Assembly (NCBI GenBank): GCA_907165135.1
Contig: OU015567.1
Span: forward strand, 11,036,001-11,100,000
Direction: 5' to 3'
From: Oikopleura dioica
Lineage: Eukaryota > Animalia > Chordata
Length of the DNA: 64,000 nucleotides
The position numbers and the translations under genes are program-made. How positions within the stretch are numbered: position 1 is the stretch's first letter; every line of letters starts with the position of its first letter. The notes under the pieces were generated by a model, which worked only from the letters and a program-made list of their open reading frames with translations, did no database searches and was not told the DNA's origin. Positions 25,703 to 36,198 of the stretch are shown here, in pieces.

Positions 25703-26334
25703 ATTATTCAAATAATTTCCAACAAAAAATCTTTCATCAACATCTGACATCAGCACCCACAACCCAGCGCCAACCTTACTAATTTATTTCTTTTATTTTA
25801 TTTGAAACGCAATTTAAACTCGATTTCTTTTTATTTTCGTTTCTCTTTACAAATTTTTCTTTACGTTTATTTTCATTTACACACATGCACAGTTGTTTAC
25901 ACACTAAGCTTTAAGAGGATCTCTCGGAGGAAATATATCTGTAGTTTTCTAGACCCATTTTACATTTATTTTATCTACAGTAGCTTGTATAATAGAAATT
26001 AAATGTTTGAATTGTTCGTAATAAATTTTCCAAAGGCAATGATTGTTCTGAGAAATTCTAACTTTCCCTGATTGATTTTCCGTTATCAGCATTTTGCGTC
26101 AACATATCCCTACTACTACTTAAGTGTTACCGCGTATTCCCTTCGAGAGATCGTATTTATAAATGGCCAGGGCACCGTGCCAGACTCTGCCTAAAATTTA
26201 AGGATCGTTTGAATTTTGATTTGACCTTGATTGAGGATACTCGTCAAACAAAATACAGTTCTGATGAAATTCCGTGTGCCTTGATCTTTTGTGAGACTCG
26301 CCTTTCAGAATGAGCGCAAGACGACACCAGTAAG

Positions 26335-28137
26335 ATGCGATTTTTGCAGTACTTCACCGGGCCCACTATCTTTCGCCATTTTACGGAGAGCAAGTGGGTC
26401 ATCTACGAGCCGAACTTCGTGGAGGCTCTAACCGGCAGTGCGTTAGGATGGGCAGAAAGTTTGATGTCAACCTATTTGCTGTTTATTCCGTGGTATCTTG
26501 CCTACCAACCTTTTAGTCATGGATTTAACAAAGGTGAATTAACTCTGGCAATATTATTTTATAAAGAAATAAAGGCGTGATCGAGCGATACATTTCCATC
26601 GGAACAACTCATGCCAAATACGCCGGTTTCTGCGCTGCCACTTGGGTGATTTGTGCTACTCTTCGTGGCCTTGGAAGAACGCAGAATAAAATCTATAGTC
26701 AGTATCTCGATGCGTTAGAAAAATCATCATCATTTACGAAGAAACAAAAATATGAGCTCAAGCAAAAGTGGGATATTACGTTTAGTCACTGGCTTGTTGA
26801 CTTTGAAGCGAAAGAAAATAAAAATATAGAGCTGGATCTTCCTTCAGCTGGAGCATTGACTCCGATTGCTGGAATTATCGGCCATACTTTTGCAAGATGG
26901 ATGATTTATCCTGGCGCAACACCGTTGTTGAATTCTCTTCTAAGGTCGTTCTATCTTCAAAGATAGGAAAATATTAATTTTAATTTTCAGACCTATGATC
27001 GAGCAAGAGAGAAAGAAACTTATCGAAGCAGGAGCTCAGCGAGCCAAAATCCTTACCTCAAACAAGCATGAAATCGACACACTTTTCTTCGATCGTCGGC
27101 TTTCTTCCAGAGAAGGAGAAACGCTTTTCATAACTTCTGAGGGGAACGCAGGCTTCATGGAAGTTGGTAGCTTTGCCACTGTGTCAAAGTCTTCGTTCTC
27201 TGTTCTTGGATATAATCACCCAGGTATTTCCTTAAATCTTCATTTGTTTCAATGTTCTGTAGGTTTCGGTGGGTCCACTGGAGTGCCCTATCCGAAAAAC
27301 GATGCAGCAGCTGTCACGGCTGTTATTGACTACGCAAAGCACGAACTTGGCTTTACAGAGAGTCAGATTGTAGTTTACGCGTGGTCCATTGGGGGCTTCG
27401 ACGCGACAGTTGCTGGCTCGGCGTACAAAGAACTAAAAGGACTTTACCTGGACGCTACGTTTGATGACGTCCTCCCATTAGCTGATAATGTTATGCCGAA
27501 AGCTCTGGCGCCTATCACTGAGAAAACTATAAGGTTCTTGATTATTTAGAGTCAGTTATTAAGTCAGAATAGTAGAACGTCTGTTTAGGTCAATTTGGAA
27601 CCTCAACAATTCACATTACCTCTCCAAGTTCCCTGGCCCAGTCACAATTCTTAGACGAAATCACGATGAAATCATGCAAAAATCCCCCCGAATCGTTGAC
27701 GACAATCGCGCGAATCAATTATTATTCGATTTCCTTGACAATCGCTACCCAAATCTCATGACAAATCGAGCGAGGTACAGTTCAATTTTGCAAAATAGTA
27801 GGTCATAATTAATTCTAAGGTCAAAGCTAAAAGAGTACCTGGCAATCGGGAGGCGAGATGAGGCGATAACCTGGATGCAGAGTCAAGTGGACATTCCTAT
27901 GGCGAGAAGTATCGTAGAATCTTGGCAGAATTCAAGAGACGCTTCTACAACTACTTTGGGAGACGACATGGACGAGGAGCTAAAGCTTACATTAATTTTA
28001 TATCTAGGTAAGTTCATTCATGTAGTGGTATGATATGAGAACAAATTTTAGTAAATAAACACTTTGTAACAATGGATGGACCCCATGGTCAACCAGTTCC
28101 CATTCAATTGCTCGATATCCCGTGGAAAATGCGCTAG
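26335..28137 (+). CDS. ABHD16A: Alpha/beta-hydrolase ABHD16A (BAT5)-like
   Basis: YLQYFTGPTIFR-type N-terminus (FLQYFTGPTIFR), EIDTLFFDRR, ITSEGNAGFMEVG, LGYNHPGFGGSTGVPYP, nucleophile elbow YAWSIGGF, LDATFDDVLPLA. Confidence 0.88.
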
Positions 28138-28364
28138 AATATTTCGGATTTCACACCAACAGCAATTTCAACTCTAGGAAGATATTTTAACTGTTATTCA
28201 AGCACCATTTCATTGTTAACAACTGGTAATAAACAGAAAATCGCTGATACTCTAAAGAACAAACTTTATATTGTTAAACATGTTGACATGACAACTCTGT
28301 ATTCATTCAATCGAAAAGAAAATAAATTCATTTTCGCAGAGCATAACATCTCGTGCATCATAGA

Positions 28365-29690
28365 ATGACTTCAAGAAAGCGCAAGCCTGCTGATAATCTA
28401 AGAGGTCTCAAGCCAGTATTTCCGGAGAATTACCCTGAAGGCTTTCCGAATTGCATTCATGGTCCCTTGGTTGAATATTCTTCGAAAGATGGGGAATCGG
28501 TTTTCTGCTGTTCTTTTGACAGAAAAAATGCCAACTGCTCTAAAATGACGAAGAATAACAAAAATCCAGTACAGCCGTCTAAAATCAAGAGAAACTGGCT
28601 TTCCAAATTTAAAACGATCGGAAAGAACTCGACCCAGGCGCAGTACTTTTTCAACGAAGAATCGAAGAAAGTACTCCTGAGCTTGGTTGACAAAAAACAA
28701 GTGATTCTGATCGGATGTCCCACCTTGTTGATACCAATGTTGGACGAAGGGAAAGATGTGATCTTGTTAGACATCGATGAGCGATTTTTTGAGTTTTTTC
28801 CCTCGAGAAACTTTCGCAAATTTAACCTTGTCAACGGGTTCTTTTTTGATGGAAATGGATTAGATACAGGAACTGTTCTATTTAATTATTTATTCACTTT
28901 TTAAAGCTTTTATTGAATATCAAAGGAAAATAGATAGAGGGGAACATGAGTTTATTTGAATATGAACAACGAAAAAGAAAGGTTTCCTTCTGACAGTGTT
29001 GTCATAATGGATCCGCCATTCGGAGTCATGAACGAGATTTGCGTCAGAACGATGCAGCTTCTCGCTCCTGAGGGACGACATCTGCTTTTGAAACCCTACT
29101 TTGAAATACGTTGGCTCGAAGGATCTCTTGGCTTTATAATGCTCGACTACAGGGTTGATTACGAGGCACACCGGAAGATGAACAGGAACAAAACCGTGAG
29201 GATCTTTGTTAATACAGGCAAAGGCTTGGATCATGAATATTTTAGTTAGGCGAAATAAGTACTGCCCCTATAGGCATAAAGAACCCAACGTAGATAACCT
29301 TGGCCAATAATTGATATTTATCTTCACCGAAAGTGGCGGTCGCCCTGAATCAATTTTTCATATAACTTTCAAAGCCAATGAAAAGACGAATTAATACCGC
29401 TCCCCTCGCCCGAATACAAGTTCTGCGACCTATGCAACAAGTTCGTGCATCATTCACAGTCACACTGCTCTATTTGCGGCGCGTGTGGAGACATTTCCGG
29501 CCGAGGAGTTGTTCACTGCAAGAAATGCGCTGTGTGTCATGTAAAATCGCATGTATTCTGTTCAAAATGTACAGTTTGTAAACCAGAAGGACACAACTGC
29601 GCAGACACGGCAAAGTGTTATATCTGTAAAAAGCCAGGGCACAAAGAAAGTGAGTGCAAAAGATCGAAGAAAAAAATAAAACGGAATTGA
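28365..29690 (+). CDS. ZCCHC4: rRNA N6-adenosine methyltransferase ZCCHC4-like
   Basis: N-terminal CIHGP...CSFDRKNANC zinc finger, LIGCPTL, LLDIDERF, catalytic DPPFG, Cys/His-rich domain and terminal CYICKKPGHKESEC knuckle. Confidence 0.87.
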
Positions 29691-30809
29691 TTCGTTGACA
29701 TTTTAACAGCTTTGGGAAATAACTCTTCATTCCTAAAACTGGGTGTATTGTGGTCGTATTCTAGGGCCGCCAGGGATTTCTTTTGCAGAGCTTTAACTGA
29801 GTGCGATGATTTCTTTTTGAGAATAGTAAGAACTCTTTCCTGTTTGTCGATGCACAGGTGACTTGAAATAATCGAAGTGGTATGAGCTGCTGTTACAACA
29901 AAACGCATGTTTCAACATCCCAGGCCAGTCAATCGCTAACCAAATCAGTGATCCAAGCAAAACAACGAAAGGCGAAGTCAGAAAGATGACTTAATTTGCA
30001 ATTACAAGCTGTCAGCAACTATTTTTGATGACTTGAATAAACTGTGGAACAGTTTGTCCGTCATAACTTTTTAATTATTTTTATGGTCGAACGAGGAATA
30101 AATACAGCAGTGCGTTTAAGACAATTCATCAATGAACTTTGATCATGTCTCGCTTTCTTACTCGGGATATCTCATCAATATCCCCATTTTTTCATTTAAA
30201 ATCCAATAAATTGTCAGCAATAAGATATGATCATTCATTATCTTTTGCTCTTGTGCAAAAATGAACAAAAGTTCATGCATCTCCTTCAGAATTTATGTGC
30301 GTTGTGTTAAACTTACAGCCAACACCAAATTCAATTTGTCCCATCTTCCGTTCTAAAAGTAAAGATAAACACCTGTGACTGCTTGTTGCTGCTCTGGGTT
30401 CAAAATGATAAACTGTTCAGCCCCGGTGTGCTCTGACTCAACCATTGTAAAGCTAGAAAACATTTTTCAAATCGCTCTCGTCTTCTGTCTCCGCTTTATA
30501 TTTACTAGAGTTAGTTATTAAATGGTTCAAAGTTAGTCCGCGAAAAAAGCTTCAATAATTCAACGACGGCAGTAGAGAACTAGCCATCAACGAGGTCAAT
30601 TATGCAGGTCCCTAATTTCATTTGTCGAACTCTTTTTTCTTTTTCGAATTTATTATTACGTTTACAGTTTTGACTATTCTTCGTCTCTGTCGTATACTTT
30701 CTCTCGGAATACCATTCGCCTGGAGCCAACGTTCTAAATATAGTGTCATTTAAAATGCATTTGAGTGCGTATTATATTCACATTATTGAAAATATCATGC
30801 ACATTGTCA

Positions 30810-32257
30810 CTAGCCATGCGATAATGCACATTTAAACTGAAGTGCATTACTTACAAAGTGCTCAATTGCTTGTAGTGCTGCTGCATGTCTAGTGTCTTCC
30901 TTTGTGAATCCTTTTGCACAGCAGACAAGAGGCGGAATACACCCAACTCTCAGTATCGTCTCTCGCAATCCGTAGTTATCCTTTCGTCCTCCAGCTCCTT
31001 GGGGTTCGAAGACTGTCACCAGAAGATTGTAACGCTTGCTGTGAAAAACAATAATTTACACCAATTAATGAATCGAGATAATTACCAAATCGCGTCGAGT
31101 ACGTTCATAAACTTGTCGGTAGCTTGAAGTCGGTACAGATCTCTCGCGTCAATGTTGATGTAAGCTCCGCGATTATTCCGATATCCAAGGAATGAATGGA
31201 TGTTGCTAAAATTCGTTTGCAACGAACAAATCTATGATAGGCTCACCTTCTTTCAACCAAGTAATCTTTCGTTCTGCGAAAATTATTCTCCTTGTCAAGC
31301 TCCTCGAGTTTCTGCTCGAGTTCGTTTTCCTTCACTAGTTCGTCTACATCACAAGATTCAATCTTTTGGAGCATGTGACGGCACGCCTCGCGCCTAGCTT
31401 GTTTCTTGCTTGAGCTAAAAAACACTTGAAAAGTTAAAATTCAAAAGCTGAAAAACCTAAGTCCGCTTGTCTCCAACTTCAGCGATGCGATTGTACAGGT
31501 GACTTTGAACTGCGTTCCGTACAAGTCGTCCCAGAACACTGGCTTTTCAATTGCTAAAATCATTGATATCTTTTGTCGCAAGAAAAATTATTCTGAATAA
31601 TATAATGGTCGTTGTTGATGAATGATTAAGAACAAACCTCGTATCTGTAAAAACTCAAAAAGCTTCGAAATCGGGTTGTCAAAGTTATCGTCCTCCACGC
31701 CCAAATACGGCTTGGTAGGACATCTGAGTCCTTTGACCATTCCCCTCTCCTCCAGAACTCTGAGCATCATTTCAGAAGCCAAGTGCTTGGCGCTCTTTTT
31801 CTTCTGGTTTGTTCCGCTGGTGATCAGCCCCGCGAAACTGCACTGGCACTCGAATATATTCGCCGCGCATGTTGCATCCTCTGCGAGTAGACATGTTAAT
31901 ATTAGCATGAATATATCGACGACTTACCAATTGTCTCACGAGTCATTTGGCGAAATGCGTAGTCAAGACGCGAATTTAACCCGCCTTGTTTACTGGAGAT
32001 CGCTGCTAGCAAAGAACAGGGCGTTTGTTCCCATTCCTACAGTTCAGGGTTGAAACTTCCAATATTCAAACAATATAATATATATAATTCAAATTGTCCG
32101 ACACTTGCGCCCAGATGTCTTTCAAGCACAAACTTTCATTTTCAACCCTTTCCTCGCCGAGTGTCCAATTCTTAGTCCCTCCAAAACCTCTCGATCCACC
32201 GCCCTTCTTCCAGTAATTCCTCTTCATCATCGGCCTGAATCTCTCTGCGCCGGACAT
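30810..32257 (-). CDS. TRBP/PACT/Loquacious-like double-stranded RNA-binding protein
   Basis: dsRBD1 TPCSLL...FECQCSFAG..TSGTNQKKKSAKHLA; dsRBD2 NPISKLFE...FKVTCTIA...SKKQARREA; degenerate type-B dsRBD3 PPLVCCAKGFTKEDTRHAAALQAIEH. The terminal exon is uncertain. Confidence 0.78.
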
Positions 32258-32334
32258 TTTCCTCTGAAAAAGGCTAAAAGTCGAAGAAAAATAAAACTCG
32301 CCGGCTCAAATAATTTATTTGTTATAAATACAGC

Positions 32335-32750
32335 CTTAGCCCCAAGCCTTGTTTTCTCCTTCTGGCGTTTCTTTTTCGACGGGCTCTCTTTTCGATGTGA
32401 TTCTGGAAATGAAGCGAAAGGCAAAGGAATGCGATGGAGAAAGATCAAGCGCCGGTAGACACTTTTTCGTGATTCCGTCGATGACGTCACCTGATTATGA
32501 CTCTAAGAAGGCTCTACCTGAAGACTTCAGTTCTGATTCGTTTGATTTCTTCGTCTTTCAAGAAGTCTGAAAATTGATCGGGATAATGATCGACTGATGA
32601 CATTTTTTTTTCTAGATATATCCAAGAACTTCTCAGTTAAATTTTCGAGGATTTTTGCTTGGAAGACGTACAAAATGGTTGCTATCTCAAGGAGACCTGA
32701 AATGCCAAGAATCCCCACCTCTCCAACATATCTGATATTGTCAGACAAAT
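32335..32750 (-). CDS. Unidentified small gene upstream of the dsRBD gene (5' end unresolved)
   Basis: Spliceable frame DFLKDEEIKRIRTEVFS|GDVIDGITKKCLPALDL...NKAWG* followed by AATAAA. No family recognised, and the opposite strand also has a protein-like but stop-interrupted frame. Confidence 0.3.
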
Positions 32751-32999
32751 TCTACAAGCTTTACTGCAACAATACCCCAATGAGGCGGTGAAATTCAAAC
32801 AAGCCCTACTACAAATGAAGAATCTCTAGAAATGTTGTGGTACTTCTCAGGCATCAGTATATAAAGAAAGCGGTGGAAATGCGAGCCATTCAAAACGCAT
32901 TTTTAGGGTGACAATTCTACTTCTGAAGTTAAGATTCTGAAAGTGTACTGTTATGGCAGCACCCATTTATTTTCAATAAATGGGAATTCGACACATGTC

Positions 33000-34255
33000 T
33001 TCACTTTCTCATTTTCATCACGCCTCTGTTCAAAAGAAAAGAGATGCTTCGAAAAAATTTTCCGAAAACATTTTCAGCCTCAAGTAACTCCTTTATCTGT
33101 CCGTAAGTCTTCCAAACCAACAAAAAAGAACGAGAACTTAGTGATCTTGACAAGAACGAGCGCTGTCTGAATAGATGCCAGTCTTCTAAAAATGACTGTA
33201 TCAATGTTTGCGATGAAAACGACTATACTTGTTCATCTCGTTGTGAAGCTGAGTTTTTTGACTGTCGTTATGCATGTCCTTGTGAAGAAGGTTGCCCAGT
33301 TGGTTGTGTTGAATGTTCTAATGCAGTCTGCAATGAGAGAGAGTTCCTTTTTATTCTCAACTACTGGAGAGCAAATGAAGATGTTGGATATCTTTTGAAT
33401 CTGAAAACGGAAGAAATAAGCTACGCGACGGTCAACTACAACTCTCTCAGCATTGATGATTCGTGTTACGCATTCCTCGGAGACAAGCACTTTCTTCTAA
33501 GAGGATCAATGAATCCTCATCAGATTCTTACCTTTGAAAGTGAGACCTGTAGCTTGAGAGAACACGGTGTCTTGGGTACATCGCATGTCGATGGAATGTA
33601 CGGATCCTGCGCGGCTTACAACGAGATCGCGTACTTGTGTTTTGATGAAAATGGCGTCGATCAACGAGGATGCCAAGGATTCGATGGAAACGATCAGATT
33701 CGCGTCAAGCAAAAAAGTACTCATGCGCACGATTGGTCCTCAATGGCCGTCTACGATGGCAGAATGTGGGTTGTTGGTGGATGTGAATCCAGTGGTTGCT
33801 ACAATCACGTCGAATTTTTTGACGGAAACTCGTGGCAACTATCAGTACCTCACCCAGACTCAACGATGTACGGTCATTTAGTACTTGGGGATGAAAATGG
33901 ACTCTATACAATCAGTGACGTGGCAAATTATGGGGAGATCGGCTTTCGATACGGCGTGCGAATATAAGACGGGCACAGCTGGGCTGATTCGGGCGAGCTT
34001 TCTCAAGCACAAAAGTTTTCTTACGGTGTAAACGCCGGTGTGATTGTTAATGGCTACGCGTATATCGGGAAAGAGTAAGTTATCTTTTTGAGAAGGTATA
34101 TTTTCAATATTTCTAGTGTTCTCGACAAAGCAAAACTTGAACCAAGCGAATTTTCCGCCTATAGTCTCGGAAATGATCCTGATGATACAACTTTATGGCT
34201 GTATTATTCGCCAATGATAACTGTTGATGGTCCGATCTGTTCTAGACCGATTTGA
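33000..34255 (+). CDS. Cys-rich domain plus kelch-like beta-propeller protein, probably secreted (start uncertain)
   Basis: CLNRCQSSKNDCINVCDENDYTCSSRCEAEFFDCRYACPCEEGCPVGCVECSNAVC, then MAVYDGRMWVVGGC...VEFFDGNSW kelch-like blades. Stop TGA 34253-34255 overlaps AATAAA. Confidence 0.7.
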
Positions 34256-34279
34256 ATAAAGTTGTTTAATTTGAATTGT

Positions 34280-34295
34280 GGCCCTTAAAAGGGCC
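34280..34295 (-). other. Replication-dependent histone mRNA 3' stem-loop (H2A)
   Basis: Minus strand GGCCCTTTTAAGGGCC, 25 nt after the H2A stop. Confidence 0.95.
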
Positions 34296-34320
34296 GGTTT
34301 TGCAAGAATCAGTAAGAGGC

Positions 34321-34710
34321 TTACTCCTTCTTGGCGGTCTTCTTGGGAAGAAGAACGGCTTGGATGTTGGGGATGACACCACCCTGAGCGATGGTGACAC
34401 CTCCGAGGAGCTGGGTGAGCTCTTCATCGTTTCGGATGGCGAGCTGAAGATGTCGAGGAATGATTCTCGACTTCTTGTTGTCTCGGGCGGCGTTGCCAGC
34501 GAGCTCAACGACCTCAGCGGTGAGGTACTCGAGGACAGCGGCCATGTAGACGGGAGCGCCAGCACCGACTCGGTCAGCCCAGTTGCCTCGTCGAAGCATT
34601 CGGTGGACTCGTCCAACAGGGAACTGGAGTCCAGCCCGGGCGGATCGGGTCTGGCTCTTGACGCCCTTTGCTCGGCCCTTGGCAGCGGTCTTCTTTCCTT
34701 TTCCGGACAT
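34321..34710 (-). CDS. H2A: Histone H2A, intronless
   Basis: [15 protein letters not shown]...[23 protein letters not shown]...VLLPKK. Confidence 0.98.
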   Translation of the reverse strand: MSGKGKKTAAKGRAKGVKSQTRSARAGLQFPVGRVHRMLRRGNWADRVGAGAPVYMAAVLEYLTAEVVELAGNAARDNKKSRIIPRHLQLAIRNDEELTQLLGGVTIAQGGVIPNIQAVLLPKKTAKKE

Positions 34711-34867
34711 TTTCGTTTTTTTGACTTTTCGAGTTGGTGGTTGCTCAAAGTGTGAGGCAATCGGGGCCCGGGGCTGTTTATATAGGCACATCGGGGAAGC
34801 ATGTGAGTATCTAGAAACTCGATGGAAAAAAGAAACTCGAAAACAAGTTGGCGTTCGATATTTTTCT

Positions 34868-35073
34868 GGGGTGTCCTTCCTGGTAAAATCCTTCCTGGTA
34901 AAAATCCTTCCTGGTAAAAATCCCTTCCTGGTAAAAGAAAAAGTTTTACCAGGAAGGAATTTTACCAGGAAGGGATTTTTACCAGGAAGGGATTTTTAAA
35001 TTGTGAAAATGTTCAAATTTGAAAAATAAGCTTATCATCTAAAAAAAATATCTGCTTTACCCCCCTCTCAGCA
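34868..35073 (+). repeat. Left TIR with an internal palindrome (4 direct + 3 inverted CCTTCCTGGTAAAA units)
   Basis: Read directly. It is the reverse complement of 39798-40007. Confidence 0.93.
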
Positions 35074-36198
35074 CCTTTTTTATAGAAAAAAGTTTTCTTT
35101 CATAATTTCAAATTTTGGAATTTGCGCGCCATTTTGCGAATAATCGTGACTCATTCTTCCCACGCTCACGAATTAATCAACTTATTTTCAAATCATTTTT
35201 GACTGAGAATTGTCTGAGAAAAGAAGAAAGAAGATAACTGAGAATTTAATAATTTGATTAATTTATTCATTTTTACTTCAGTTTTTCTGCCCACTTTTTT
35301 TTCCATATAAGCGATTCTATCCATCACTGCTTGAATGAAATCGTCCTGTTTGTTCCCAACCAGTGTGTTTATTCTTGACAATTGAAGAGTCATCGCTTTT
35401 ATCAGCCGCTAATCGTGCGTTGTATCTGTTATTTATGCGTTCTTTTTTTAATCTTAATTGGGATCCTTATTGTCGGGTCCCATTTTTTTATTTCAAGACA
35501 GAAAAGTCGACGTTTCTTCCTCTTCTTGGTTTGTGTCGGTGAAACTGCCATCAACGATCTTCATTTGCTTTTTCAAGAGAAAATACTGACTCCGGGAACA
35601 GGACATCAGCGCGTACGCTTACCAGGTAAAAAATCGGTTCAAACCAAAAGTAAACATTTTTTTTAAAGCTAACGGTAAAAATGGACCAGCGAAACGAACT
35701 TCTGACAGAACTTGGCGTTGAGGACATTGGATTAGTGGCGGAAGAAGTCAGAGCAGGTAATTCGCTTGAGCCAGGGCTTTTTGAAACGGAGAGAAATCAG
35801 CAAATAATTCTAAAGAGCGTAAAAACATTTTACGCTGGTCATTATCAACCTCTCAGCACCACCAAGCAATAACACAGAGCGGTAAGCATGTCCTTCAATC
35901 GTTGTTTAATACCCTCTTCTACCGTAAATAACAAACTCTAGTGAACGAACGTACATGATGTTTATCGAAGCGCTGACGATGAATTTGGAACGAGTTCTGT
36001 TAATAAGAGGCAGTTGGAAAGAAGTAATCACAGCATACGGCTAGAAGCAAGAAGAAGCCTACTTTGATCTCGTTTAAAAACAAAGGCAAGTTGCATTTTA
36101 AAAATCACGAAATAACAATTTTATACTGCTGGAGGATATCTATTGTATATTTGATATAAAATGAAGACAGTCGAAAAAAGTAAAAATGGAATAAGTTT

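Noticed and set aside
29618-29908. Minus-strand 96-aa ORF overlapping the ZCCHC4 3' end
   Set aside because: It has no start context or homology I can recognise and is probably spurious.
32590-32830. Plus-strand helical-looking frame YIQELLS*IFEDF...QALLQMKNL
   Set aside because: It has two in-frame stops and conflicts with a minus-strand model that has a better polyA and operon context. Left unresolved.
34876-34995. Regularly spaced repeats superficially like a CRISPR array
   Set aside because: There are no unique spacers, the context is eukaryotic, and the repeats are explained as TIR sub-repeats.
34583-34999. 138-aa plus-strand ORF (also 34276-34755 and 34266-34802)
   Set aside because: These are antisense or alternative-frame shadows of H2A plus TIR repeats.
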